A stretch of 64,000 bases of DNA from Octopus vulgaris (GCA_951406725.2 OX597830.1:49662001-49726000), one strand, 5' to 3'; shown: positions 25,663-38,349, numbered from the stretch's first letter. Numbers and translations are program-made. The notes: generated by a model from the sequence alone, not told the origin.

Positions 25663-26796
25663 GGTGTAATTTGAAAGAGATTTGGTTACCATTTTATTCG
25701 GTCAATCGACTACATAAAAGTCTGTTATTCACGTGGCATCTATATTTTCATTCAAAATTTTGTAATAAAAAAAATAGTCTCAAACATTGAAAACCGTGAT
25801 AAACTGTTATAGATATATGTTGTCCATCTCCTAAGTGATTTCCAATCTTATACTTGATTGATCAATATCAAACTATATTAAAGTATTACTTTGTTTCATT
25901 CTTGTTTATCTTTGCTCTTTCCTACTGAATTATATTTAAATATCGATTTTTTTGCAACACTGTATACATTTGGGAATAGATTTGTTGTCAGAAAAGTGAG
26001 AGTAAAGGTAAGAATTGTAATAGGTGTGTCGCTACATTGAAGACAATATATTTCTGTTTACGGCTTATGCTTCTAATAATAGATACAAGATGTGTTCGGA
26101 TAAAAATGGAAAAAAAAAAAAGAAAGAATCCAGAACAGTAACGACGTCACTGAATTTTCTTCCTTACATTTTTTAAACCAAGGCAATAAAATGGAACTTC
26201 TACTTTTTCTTCCTTCAAGTTCTCCAAGAATGTGTGTGTGTGTGTCTGTGCGTGCGCGCGTGTGTGTTTGTGTATAGTTAGTGATATATTGAGTTCAGTC
26301 CATTGGTTTAATAATTCTAAAACCTTTGTTCCTGTTTATAGGGATTCATATCCTCATATGTTAAAAATATTGCAATATCATTAACTCCAGTGACGTATTT
26401 TCCGGTATGCAAGTCAAATTTCTCGACCAAAATTTACTGCCACAATTCCATGTGAATTGTACTATGAAGTGAGAAGATAGCGGTCATGTTTGAATATGTA
26501 TGCCTTATGTTTACACTAGTTTGTGATGTCGGTTTGTATGCCGGAATATTCGGTAATATTTTCTTCATTGTAATAATATTAGAAGATGAGTTAAGTTGTA
26601 TGAATGGCAAAAGTTAATTAGAATTAGTGGAATATAATCTAATACTGATTAGGGGGTAGTCCACTAATGCTAATTAAATGACTAGGTACACTAAACTCTT
26701 TCTCAACATTTAATTTTGAAGTTCAAATTAAATTTTGCCGTTTATTGCAATCATTTGGACTCGTGATATATATATATATATAATGTACATATATAT

Positions 26797-26827
<31 letters not shown>

Positions 26828-26934
26828 ATATATATATACATTATATATATATATACATTATATATATATATATATGCATTATATATATATATATATGCAT
26901 ATAAAATTTATTGTAAACTGTATAAATGTTGGAG

Positions 26935-27370
26935 CTAGTAATAGTTTCTTGCAATGGTGACACGTGGCTAGGAAGATTTTTATAACCTGATTTGTGTTTC
27001 CTAGCAATTTCCGGGCTCTGATGTATTTGTAAATCAGGGCACTCGTACATGAGAAACCACGAGAAAAACCGGGAAAATAATGTGGAAGTTGATACAAAAA
27101 TGGAAAGGTGAACATAGACGGAGAAAGAAAAGAAAAGTAAAGAAAAGAAAGAAAATCGGTGTTTCTTTGTTTTGTTTTTGTTTTTCCGCCTTCTATTTTG
27201 AAATCTCGTTTTTTCTGGCTTTTCTAGTAGTTTCTCGTGTACCAACATCCTGATTTTGAAACAGGACATACTATGACCCCAGTGCCTGAAAATTGTTTAG
27301 AAACACACGGCACGATATAAAAAAAACACCCACCTGGCCACAGGTTTTCATAGTAAGAGACCTATTAGTA
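26935..27370. mobile_element. Old fold-back element/MITE with long diverged inverted arms
   Basis: GTGGCTAGG..TTTTTATA..GTGTTTCCTAGCAATTTCCGGGC..GTACATGAGAAACCACGAGAAAAACCGG is mirrored by CTGGCTTTTCTAGTAGTTTCTCGTGTAC..GCCTGAAAATTGTTTAGAAACAC..TATAAAAA..CCTGGCCAC. Confidence 0.75.
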
Positions 27371-27482
27371 ATTTTTATCTTTATACTGTGTATGTTGAAT
27401 GCTATTTATTTCTCACTGGGCGGAGTAACTTTTTGCTGATCTTAGCTTAACGAACCAGTAAACTATATACATACACACACAC

Positions 27483-27556
<74 letters not shown>

Positions 27557-27559
<3 letters not shown>

Positions 27560-27672
27560 CAAGTGCCACGTATGAGAGGTGGATTCACATATTAGTGTAG
27601 CTCATTCAGCGGTGGTGCCCCAGCATGGCCGCGGCCTTCGGGCTAAAAATATTTTAAGGATTTAAGGATTTA
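27557..27672 (+). mobile_element. Retroposon 3' end sharing the SINE A tail, inserted in (TA)n
   Basis: GGTGGTGCCCCAGCATGGCCGCGGCC versus SINE A GGCGGTGCTCCAGCATGGCCGCAGTC. Ends in (TTTAAGGA)2. Upstream sequence is unrelated to SINE A. Confidence 0.7.
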
Positions 27673-28507
27673 TATATATATATATATATATATTTAGATT
27701 AGTCTGAATAGCTGAAATGAGTCTTGATGTACCCTCAAAAATATTTATACATTATCTTCAACTATCAGACCAATGATATAAAGGATTTAATCTTAATTAA
27801 TTATGGATGAAGTTCAGGATAATATAGTCTTATCGAACATCATCACTTTAATTCAGTATTAGATTTTTTACCATTATTTCAAGACGTTTCCCACTTTCAT
27901 TTTACCATGGACGCCAAAAATTCTTCATATCGTATGTTATGGTATCGAATGAAAGAACACGGTTCCAATAATGTTTAATTTTCCATTTCATCGATCTTGC
28001 ATTTTCATTCCAATGCCGCTGGGATGCGAATAGTTCAGAAGATTAAATATGGTTGTTGGATATTTGTTACAGTTTTCTGGTGTCTGGCATGGCTGGAGAG
28101 ATTCTTTCATTTCAGTCGCTGCATTTTGACAAAATAACATGGAGGGTGGAAGCGAAAGACGACACAAGCAATAATAACCTCCTACCTTGGTATAATAAAT
28201 GGTTTTGTTTGAAAAGTTTCTCATGATATCTTTTGACACTTTTGTCATAACAGCTAAGGAATACCTCAACCACAGGAAAAGCGCCAACCGTGACGAAATC
28301 AATTTCAGATCTTTGAACATTCTGTTGTGTAGAAATAAATGAAATATTGTATTCTTAATCTGCTAAACATTTTTAAAGAAATGGAGGACAGCTAAGTGAC
28401 CCAGTGGAATTGGAACTCAGAGCTATGAGCGACGGATACAGATGCTGAAACGCATTTTTTCTAATAATCAACCGATTTACGAATCACACTGATGTTCGGT
28501 CTCCATG

Positions 28508-28538
<31 letters not shown>

Positions 28539-28602
28539 TACATATGTGTGTGTGTAGCATAGCCGTATTGCAAGAAGGTCCGTCATATTTGTATATATAT
28601 AT

Positions 28603-29460
28603 ATGGAAAAATGTCAAGGTAGGAAATGTTAAAATAATTTTATAAAAAACATTTCAGTACCGGTTTCATTCATTGAGACTTCTTTAACTGTAAGCATCGA
28701 AAACAATTAAATTTTGGAAAAATTAAATGAAAAGTATTTTTAAAAGAATATTTGCATATTTACAAGGGGCAGTTTCCTTGCTTCTGCCTGTCTCTGTCTC
28801 TCTTGTTTACTCTTGTGGGTTGGAGGTCGTTGTAAGTTCTTGGCAGAGAAGATGGAGAAGAAAAAGAATGAGGAGGAGGAGGAGGAGAAGGAGAAGAATA
28901 ATGCGGGAGTGCTATGAGAGTAGTAGGATGTTAAATCGTCAAGTGCCCTGAAAGTAATTCGTTGTGCATGGTAGTAGTGATTGAATTCTTGAGATATCTC
29001 TTTTATTATATTTGCATAGGTGTTATTCTAAACAGCAGTAGTAGTATAGTAAAGAAGGAGGTGGCGGAGAGGAAGAAGACGGAGAAGAACAAGGAGAAAG
29101 AGAAGAAGAGAGAATGATAAGGGAATGCGGGATGGTATGATAGTAGTAGGATGTTAAATGGTCAAGTGCCCTGAAAGTGACTTGTTGTGTATTATAGTAG
29201 TGAAAGGGACTGTTTTTAATGAATTCTTGGGTATCTCTTGAATGTATCATTTTTAATATATGCGTGTGTGTCATTCTAAGGCCGTGATGGATATGTTGTT
29301 TGTTGTAGATGCGTTCAAAAGGGGTTTGTATCTTGTAATAAAGAGAGTCTCTTTACTAATTCGTTGGCTGCAGGTTGTATCGTCTCTGAATTATTAGAGG
29401 TAAGACCATAGGGGTCTACTTCTAGCATAATAGATGTCCACTTAGTGGTCATCCCACTTA
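28603..29460 (-). mobile_element. Penelope-like element 3' end: GIY-YIG C-terminus, duplicated 3' region and pseudo-LTR with degenerate hammerhead
   Basis: The minus strand at 29369-29313 reads SQRISKETLFITRYKPLLN (E..FI...KP.LN). About 28893-29000 is repeated at 29110-29238. 28690-28655 reads CAG-TTAAAGA-AGTCTCAATGAAT-GAAACCGGTA-CTG. (TA)n lies at both ends. Confidence 0.7.
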
Positions 29461-29468
29461 TATATATG

Positions 29469-29511
<43 letters not shown>

Positions 29512-29530
29512 ATACACACATATATATATA

Positions 29531-29678
29531 TATACACATAATTGTTAAACCGGACAGCAAACATTAAGGTAAGGTAAACATCTGAAGTCATACACAATAT
29601 TATTATAGGAAAACTTGATGATGACTTGAGATGTTTGCCTTGCTTTAATGTTTGTTGTCCTTTCTAACAATTATATAT
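29531..29678. repeat. Inverted repeat of about 58 bp with about 30-nt spacer
   Basis: ATAATTGTTAAACCGGACAGCAAACATTAAGGTAAGGTAAACATCTGAAGTCAT versus ATGACTTGAGATGTTTGCCTTGCTTTAATGTTTGTTGTCCTTTCTAACAATTAT. Confidence 0.85.
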
Positions 29679-29812
29679 CTGCTGCATCAGAAATCTGCAA
29701 TGCCTCCATAACAACCGTCTCGGCTATAAGCTTGCAGCCCTAGTAATCCATTACAGCACTTACCTAGAATACATAATCCTTTAGATCACCTGTGAAATAT
29801 ACCCTCATCCTT

Positions 29813-29848
<36 letters not shown>

Positions 29849-29854
29849 TATTTA

Positions 29855-30015
29855 CGTATGTCTTTATGTCTATGTTTGTACCTCCACCATCACTTGAGAA
29901 CCGCTTTTGGTAACTTAAAGGTTCGGTAAAGGAGAAATAAGTCCTGGGGCCAATAACTTCGGCTAAAACCCTTTAAAGCATGGCCGCAGTCAAATGATGT
30001 AGATAAGTAAAATAA
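29855..30015 (+). mobile_element. SINE family A 3' half with deletions
   Basis: GGTTCGGTAAA..AATAAGTCCTGGGG..AGCATGGCCGCAGTCAAATGA. Confidence 0.75.
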
Positions 30016-30043
30016 TTTTAAAAATAGTAAAATAAAATAATAC

Positions 30044-30130
<87 letters not shown>

Positions 30131-30476
30131 CATATACATACAAATCTACATACATATATACATATATATATAATGTAGATGTGTATGTGTGTGTGTTTGT
30201 GTTACTTGTGTGAATTTATATATTCGCATGTACAAACGAGCAGAGCCATCTATACCAGTAGATATAAATATAACTATTATCAATATTCGATTAATATTGA
30301 TCAGGACATTAGGTACTACAATTTTGTACACTTTCGTGACTTATTGGCAGGGCAAGTTTTTTTTACCATTTCTAGTGATTCGAGTCAAGTTATCGCAAAT
30401 ATCATAAAAACTTACGAAACGCAGTGTAGCGTTTCTATAAACCGACGGAACGAAATTGATGAAATAAATAAATGAA

Positions 30477-30507
<31 letters not shown>

Positions 30508-30594
30508 ATATGAGAATACCTACAAGTTTTCTTTCCATTACTGACGCTTCAATGTGCTCCATTCTTGGTGAACGTGTGTGTTTGTGTATGTATG

Positions 30595-30685
<91 letters not shown>

Positions 30686-30688
<3 letters not shown>

Positions 30689-31100
30689 CGCAGGAGTGGC
30701 TGTGTGGTAAGTAGCTTGCTAACCAACCACATGGTTCTGGGTTCAGTCCCACTGCGTGGCATCTTGAGCAAGTGTCTTCTGCTATAGCCCCGGGCCGACC
30801 AATACCATGTGAGTGGATTTGGTAGACGGAAACTGAAAGAAGCCTGTCGTATATATATATATGTTTGTGTGCTTGTTTGTGTGTCTGTGTTTGTCCCCCT
30901 AGCATTGCTTGACAACCGATGCTCTAGTGTTCATGTCCCCGTTACTTAGCGGTTCGGCAAAAGAGACCGATAGAATAAGTACTGGGCTTACAAAAAGAAT
31001 AAGTCCCGGGGTCGAGTCGCTCGATTAAAGGCGGTGCTCCAGCATGGCCGCAGTCAAATGACTGAAAAAAGTAAAAGAGTAAAGAGTAAAGAGTAAAGAG
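30686..31100 (+). mobile_element. SINE family A, full-length young copy
   Basis: tRNA-like head (TGGCTGTGTGG A box, GGTTCAGTCCC B box), CORE-like TGGCATCTTGAGCAAGTGTCTT, internal microsatellite and (TAAAGAG)n tail. Flanked by (TA)n. Confidence 0.95.
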
Positions 31101-31534
31101 ATAGTATATATATATATATATATATATATATAAGAGGAAAATTATCATAAACTGAAGTATGAATTATTAATTCTGATGTATCTTCTACGGTTGAAGTTAT
31201 TTGGCAATCATCATTGGATATTCCAAGTGCATTTGGATGTCTAAGCGCAATGGATCAGCAGGCAAACGCTTTATTGCGTCCTGTTTCTAAGATATTAGGT
31301 CTTTGAAAGAGAATGCAATGTCGAAGCGTACATAGGAGCTAATAATTTATTCTTCTTAATTCATCTTAATGTTTTCCCTATATATGCTCTGAACATCATG
31401 ACTCTACAAACTAAAGTTTTAGACAAACCACAATACTGGAAGCTGAATGGGTAATGATAATCTACGTTAATCTCTAACTGATACAGTAGTAGTCGTACAC
31501 CTAACAGCACACACCAGATGCATACAGGTAATAT

Positions 31535-31916
31535 AGGCGTGGATGTGTAGTAAGAAGCTGGATTCAGTCGTACTGCGTGACATCTTGGGTAAGTGTCTTC
31601 TACTATAGCTTCGAGCCGACCTAAGCCTTGTAAGTGGATTTCGTAGGCGGAAACTGAAAAATCTCGTCATGTGTGTGTGTGTGTGTGTGTGTTTGTATCT
31701 GTGTCTTTGTTTCTGTGTTTCTCCCCCACCATCGTTTGACAACCGATGCTGGTGTGTTTACATCCCCGTAACTTAGCGGTTTGACAAAATAGACGGCTAG
31801 GATATGTACTAGGCTTACAAAGAATAAGTCATGAATGCTGGCTTATTCGACTAAGACACCCTTGAAAGCGGTGCTCCAGAATGGATGTAGTCAAATGATT
31901 GAAATCAGTTAAAAAA
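31535..31916 (+). mobile_element. SINE family A, diverged
   Basis: Colinear with the 30686 copy apart from a short deletion in the head. Confidence 0.9.
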
Positions 31917-32167
31917 TATATATATTGAGCTAATATTGAGATTAGTTTAACATCGGCGTCATTTGTACTCAGAGCTCTGGCAGCTGGAATACGTGCCGCA
32001 TGGTATTCTGCTCACCGCTCTGGAAACTATGTCACCCCGCTGAATGAATTTAACGAACAACTCAGAATTTTCTTCTCTTCTTCATTCATTCCATTAGTCC
32101 TTAGCTTATTCGTCTCAATTCTCACCATTGACCCACATGTGTTACATTTTATTTTCGACATGTTAGT

Positions 32168-32577
32168 AGGCGCAGGAGTGGCTGTGTGGTAAGTAGCTTG
32201 CTAACCAACCACATGGTTCCGGGTTCAGTCCCACTGCGTGGCATCTTGGGCAAGTGTCTTCTGCTATAGCCCCGGGCCAACCAATGCCTTGTGCGTGGAT
32301 TTGGTAGACGGAAACTGAAAGAAACCTGTCGTATATATGTATATATATATATGTGTGTGTGTGTGGGTTTGTGTGTCTGTGTTTGTCCCCCTAGCATTGC
32401 TTGACAACCGATGCTGGTGTGTTTACGTCCCCGTCACCTAGCGGTTCGGCAAAAGAGACCGATAGAATAAGTACTGGGCTTACAAAGAATTAGTCCCGGG
32501 GTCGATTTGATCGACTAAAGGCGGTGCTCCAGCATGGCCGCAGTCAAATGAGTGAAACAAGTAAAAGAGTAAAAGAG
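32168..32577 (+). mobile_element. SINE family A, full-length young copy
   Basis: Near-identical to 30686-31100. Tail GTAAAAGAGTAAAAGAG. Confidence 0.95.
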
Positions 32578-32611
32578 TATGATATTATGCGAAAGAAACA
32601 TTCTCTCAAAC

Positions 32612-32723
32612 AATGAAAAACAAAGTCGACCCCGGCGGCATTTGAACTCAGAACGTAAAGGGGGACGAAATCCTGCTAGTCCTTTTGCTCGGCGTGCTAA
32701 CGTTTCTACCTGCTCGCCGTCCT
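32612..32723 (-). mobile_element. SINE family B head
   Basis: AAAGTCGACCCCGGCGGCATTTGAACTCAGAACGTA...GGCGTGCTAACGTTTCTACCTGCTCGCCG. Confidence 0.85.
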
Positions 32724-33662
32724 AATGTTCTTTCAAATATTAGAATTCTTTCATTTGATTATTTGTCGAGCGTGGGTGATATATAATGGACTGGTGTCTT
32801 CATAACGTCTATAATGGTCTTCTGTACATAATGGCGTAGTATATTCGCGTCACACTGGTTTTGTATGGTTAGGTCATTCACAATACATTATGTATAAATA
32901 GGTTTTTAAAATACTTGCAATATTTAGACTTCAGAAATATTTTCAATGGCAACATTATAGAGATGTTACCAGTACTTAAGCAAAACAGATGTAAATAGTA
33001 GACTCATAAAGGTCATTTATATCTTGTCCTCAAATACCAGGAAATGCGTTTCCGGCCACATCTTCCAGATATAAAAAGAGAAAGAAAGCAATTGTATAAT
33101 TTTTACACAGAAATTTTCGAGTTGAACAATGAAGTGGTGATATACTTACCAGTTGCTTTATGAATAAGGCGGCATTTTAGAGATAATTAGTTACCGATGT
33201 ACACGTGGGGTACCTGGATTTAGTAGCAGTTCAGATGGCTCCGCGATTTATATTAGGTTGCTTTCTCTGTATGTTGTGCGTTCAACTCTACTGTCGTCTT
33301 TTGGTCTATTTCTTTCGAAACACTTTATATATGGCCACGGATCACCTATTTTTGTGGAATTTGAATGAAAGAATATGAGAAGGTCACTTGCAATAAATTA
33401 TCATCGATTATAATCAAATATTTATTACTTCTCTCTTTAAAACTGAAAATATTAAAGGTTTGTGGTCTTTGGAAGCCCAGGCTAATTCAGTATCATATTT
33501 CATGTGGAGCATTTAGATACAGTTAAACACACAGACACACACACAGTCACACACACACACATAAGCACACATCCACACACTTGTGTATGCATATCGGTCT
33601 CTCTACCTGCCTATCCTGTCTGTCTGTATATATGTATATACACGCACACACACACACACACA

Positions 33663-33747
<85 letters not shown>

Positions 33748-33991
33748 GTGTTTATTATGTAACCAAATGAGCATACTCCATTGGTTGCTGATAGGTGACT
33801 GTGCTGCCAACTGCTGCCAGCGGGGACTCGAATTAATGAACATTATTTGATATAGTAATTATATCTTTCCATTCTATCTAAAAAATGAGGTTCTTTATCG
33901 GATGTTTGCTCCTTCAATAACGTATTCTACTATACGTTTTAAATTTCTTACATTACGACTATATATATATATATATATATATACATAAAAC

Positions 33992-34222
33992 TAAATAAAT
34001 GCGCCCTTTTAAAACCTAGCCAGGCTCATGGGCCCAATTTCTTTGGCGTATGTTGTCCCTAGCTGGACGGAACGCCAGTCCATTTTTGCCAGCTGAGTGG
34101 ACTGGAGCAACGTGAAATGAAGTATTTTGCTCAAGAACACAACGCGTCGCCCGGTCCAGTAATCGAGACCACAATCTGACATAACAATGCTGACACCTTA
34201 ACCACTAAGCCACGCGCCTCCA
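33992..34222 (-). mobile_element. SINE related to family C (same head and core, different tail)
   Basis: Shares CATTTTTGCCAGCTGAGTGGACTGGAGCAACGTGAAAT...ACAACGCGTCGCC...AACCACTAAGC with the 21950 copy. The 3' tail differs. Confidence 0.85.
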
Positions 34223-34333
34223 CACACACACACACACACACGTATATATATATATATATATATATAGAAAAAGAGAGAGAGAGAGAGAGCCAACAAAGTG
34301 TACGTACACCGCTATATATATATATATATATAA

Positions 34334-35241
34334 TACAAAATGGTACAAGAACGCAAAACATCCGGATAACCAGGTGATACAAAAAGGGACAAAACATCCA
34401 GATAGACGATATAAAGAAAACAAGGACGGGTCAGTGGAAGTTTTCTATCTTCAGTCAACAACCAGATTATCCTCGCAATTTCGACTGATTATTCTTGAGA
34501 TTGCTCCAATCTGGCCAAAATCTTGAACAACTCTATTTCTATCAGCCCTTTCTATTAGCCCTTTCATGCTTATTCGTTCAATCCACTCTTCGTTCTTTCG
34601 TTCCCTCTCTCTCACATTTCTTTGCCTTCTCTTCATGCTCACTTTCCCTCCACTTTTTACGTCACTGTGTCCCTGTCATTTTTTCTCGCCCCTCCTTAAC
34701 TCTTCTATCCCTCTGCTTCTACTTCTCTCACTTCTCTTCCCACGTGACCGATCGATCAACCTGCCCTTTCTTTCTTGGTCTGACCGTGATCCGTGCAACA
34801 TCGATATTCTTCTCTGTGTTTGTGAAAATTTCCTTTCTCTGCCGTAAGGCTTCATTTCCACACGCGCCATCTTAATCCAATTCGTTCTTAGTCGAAATAC
34901 ACCTGTTGTTATGTCCTGTTATTATTTTTATTGTATTTTTAATTGTATTTATATTTGTGTAACATTGTCCGTTTTTTCCGTCCTTGTTTTCGTATACATT
35001 CGCTGCTTTCTTCCAAGGAATCTAATGCTCTTAGCTTAGTTTTTCCTTGAGGCTGGCCAGATTGGTGCAATCTCGAGAATAATCAGCCGAAATTGCGAGG
35101 ATAATCTGGTTGTTCACTGAAGATAGAAAACTTCGAATGACCCGTCCTTGTTTTCTTTATATCGTCTATCTGGATGTTTTGTTGTCCCTTTTTGTATCAC
35201 CTAGTTATCTGAATGTTTTGTGTTCTTGTCCCATTTTGTAT
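34334..35241. mobile_element. Non-coding element of about 0.9 kb with about 185-bp terminal inverted repeats, inserted in (TA)n
   Basis: 34334-34517 is the reverse complement of 35054-35241 with few mismatches. The interior is pyrimidine-rich. A solo arm lies at 9438. Confidence 0.9.
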
Positions 35242-36278
35242 GTTATATATATATATATATATGCATATACAGAAAAATAAAGTGAAAGAGAGAGGGATTG
35301 AGAAAGAGAAACCGATAGTTTATATGTGTCTGTATGAGTGTGTGTATTTTGGTGACCAGTTTTTCTAGTAGAAGGTTCTCGACCATAACTACAAGTCTCT
35401 CGTCAGACAGCTTTCTCTCATTGTTTTCTATATCCTTTGTGGTCTTTCAAAATACAGAATCTTTAGGTTAACTAACAACTTGTAATAGAAATCTTTTGTT
35501 GCTATTAATGTTTCTTGAAATAATGGTCCGATTCATTCATAGAATTGAAATTTATCTGCAAATAGAACATTCTTCACCTGAAATTGAAGCAAAAAATTAC
35601 ATTTCGTATCATTGTTTTCCTAACAATATTTTTGTAATATTTCTGTTATTATGTTTTAATGTTAATTCTTTTCAAGTAATTTCCCGTTTGATAATTTATT
35701 GATTAAATGGCAACAATGAATGATATTGCATTGGTAGACACCATTGAAAGTTTGTATATCAACAGTTTTTGATTCTAGATCAATAGATTAATAACATTTG
35801 TGCAGCTATCAGCGATTTATATTGAATGAAAACAAGTAAAATAATAATTATTGAAAGATCCACAATCTGTCCAGTCATCGAAAAATATATTTTCCTGTCC
35901 TGTACTCAGGCCACTCCTGATAATAACAATTATATAATTCCAACTCTATCATAAAACAATAGATATACCTCTTCATATGAGAATATACGCTATTTTTGTG
36001 GACACTTTTCGGGATGGCAAAGTACAGAACAGAGTTAATAACAATGGGTATGAGAACATTTACGTCTATAAATTCATTTTTAATGGATATTCTTTTTATG
36101 GTTATTTACAATTTTCTATTTACTTATGAAATGAAAGTATGGCTTTCTACTGCATATGTATGGGTAGATGTGTTGAAAGAGTCGTGCATGTTCAGCTAAT
36201 AGAGTGATGACATTTGAGTCTACAAGTGATAATTATTACGGAATACTGTTTGTAAAAGCATCAAAATAGTATCCAGTA

Positions 36279-36494
36279 TACGAAGTGTGGTGAAAAGTTC
36301 CTAGCTTTGAGTGAAAGAAAATATAGGCGGGTCAGTTATGATTTTATTAAACGTATTCCCCTCACAGATTCACACACTTATTGCAGTGGCTCTTCAGTTT
36401 TTCTAAGCCCTATAAAAGAACTCGGAAGGTTGGGCCTCCACCCAGCCCTTTCACGATACCCTTAAAGCCAGAAACATTTCAGCACCCACGCGTA
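36279..36494. mobile_element. Mariner-derived MITE
   Basis: TA-CGAAGTGTGGTGAAAAGTTCCTAGCTTT ... AAAGCCAGAAACATTTCAGCACCCACGCG-TA: imperfect TIRs flanked by TA. Confidence 0.75.
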
Positions 36495-36690
36495 ATTATG
36501 TTTCCGTGCTTCATGAATTAAATATAAGTCATATTCAGTACTCGAGCCAACGATTCAACGTTCGCTTTGACAAACCTTATCGACATCACCATCCAATATG
36601 ACATCCTGTTACTAATAGACTAAATAATTATTATCTGTTTCAATGCTTCAATATGTAATAAATCTCATAATAATTATGTTTGTCCCTCCG

Positions 36691-36905
36691 TTACTCAGCC
36701 CGTCCGTAAGGCTTCTACGTAATTAGTTGAATGGAAGTGAGAGAGACTGGAGGGTTGTGATAGGATGGGAGAGGAGGGGAAATGAGAAGGCGATGGAGAG
36801 GTGGCTGTGAGTTAAATGTGTAATTTTTTAAACTAATTTTCCCCCTTGTTACTTAGCCCGTCTGTAACGCTTTCATGTGATTCGTTGAAAGGTAAGTCGA
36901 AGAGC
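36691..36905. repeat. Diverged direct repeat of about 55 bp with 158-bp period
   Basis: TTACTCAGCCCGTCCGTAAGGCTT..GTTGAATGGAAGT at 36691 and TTACTTAGCCCGTCTGTAACGCTT..GTTGAAAGGTAAGT at 36849. Confidence 0.7.
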
Positions 36906-38349
36906 GAAAGAGAAAGAGCTTAAGGCGAAGAAAAAGAGGTTAAGGCGAAAGAAAGAGGGACAGTGCTGTGTATTAAGTATATAAAATATATATATAAAGT
37001 GCATTAAGTAATCCTTGTATTCCAGTTTCCTTCAATTTCCAAATATTAGCAGATGAGCGATTATCTTTTGATACAGACACAAGCTACGCTTTCAAATTTT
37101 GGGGATAACGTTTTCCGTAATAACCCAAAAGGTTTTCCATTAATTTCGTGAAATATTATTCCCGGGTCCCGCTATTATGTATTATTTCATGTTGTGCTAT
37201 ATTATCATTTATTATGAATTAATTGCAGTTATTCCCGGTAAGCATACAGTGTAGTTGCTCTAAGTCCAATAACAACAACAACAACGACAACAACAATCTA
37301 AGCTCTATACTACAATGACTACGAATTGTATTGTACGGTATTGTATAAGAGTAGATGTTGGACTGCAAAGAAATATATATGAGTGTGGAAGAGTGGTGGG
37401 AAAGTGTAAGAGGAGAAAAGAGAATAGATTATTGTAATGAAGAATTGGAGAGGCTAGGACAGTTAAGTAATTGAAGTGGTGGAGATAGTGAGAGGATGGT
37501 CTTAAGAAGATGGAGAAACAGTTTAAACAGAGGAGAAAGCGAGGAGAATTATCGGTGATGTATATTATCACTTTACTTTCAATTTCTCTAATCTTGAAAT
37601 CTTTTTTAAAAGAAAAGATATCATATCACAAAAGAGCTCAATTAAAATTGAGAAAATCATTTTCTAAAACGGAAAGAAATGAATTGAAATCAAGATTCAT
37701 TAGTGTTGTTATAAAGGAAGTTGGATGATTACGTGATAACATCCACTACAGGCTAATGATCCTACATAGCAGAGAAAGAAGACGACTCTCCGAACAAGGA
37801 ATAAAAATTAATGATAGATTTTAATTAAATATTCGTTACCTTGTTTTGTTTTAATCCGCAAGATATTTCGTGACAATCTGCAGTACTGCTAATTATTTTA
37901 TGCGTGTTAGTGACAAAATTAAATTGTAATTGTGCAATATTAGTAGATCGATAATAAACTTATTCAACTATTATATCTTAAAATTGCAATAATTAAGTGC
38001 TAGGAGACGGAAAATCAATTTAATTTGAAGTTTGACAAACTTCAAGAGAAAAATAGGTTCAAATAAACTATTTTTACATTTATTTCGAGTGAAAAAATAT
38101 TCGGCAAAATATTTTTTGAAAGAAAAATTATTTCTATGACAAGTAATAAGTAAAATGCCATATTAATTTGAAAACTTTTCCCATTTGCAAGAATGAGTTT
38201 CGAAGAAAATTCGTGATGCGATCGGTACAAAGGAGAATAAGTTTATCTCCCAATCAACTCCACGTTATTCGTTGCAAGTCTAAATTTTAATAGCATTTTG
38301 CTTCACAATTTAATTTATTCAAAATAGCGTCACAATTGTCAGCAGTGAG

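Noticed and set aside
30686-30765. tRNA gene candidates at SINE heads
   Set aside because: The A/B boxes run on into SINE bodies present in many copies, and no complete cloverleaf is visible.
35044-35101. Type-I hammerhead using GGCTG/CAGCC-GAAA
   Set aside because: There is no CUGANGA before the helix and no proper UH with stem III after it.
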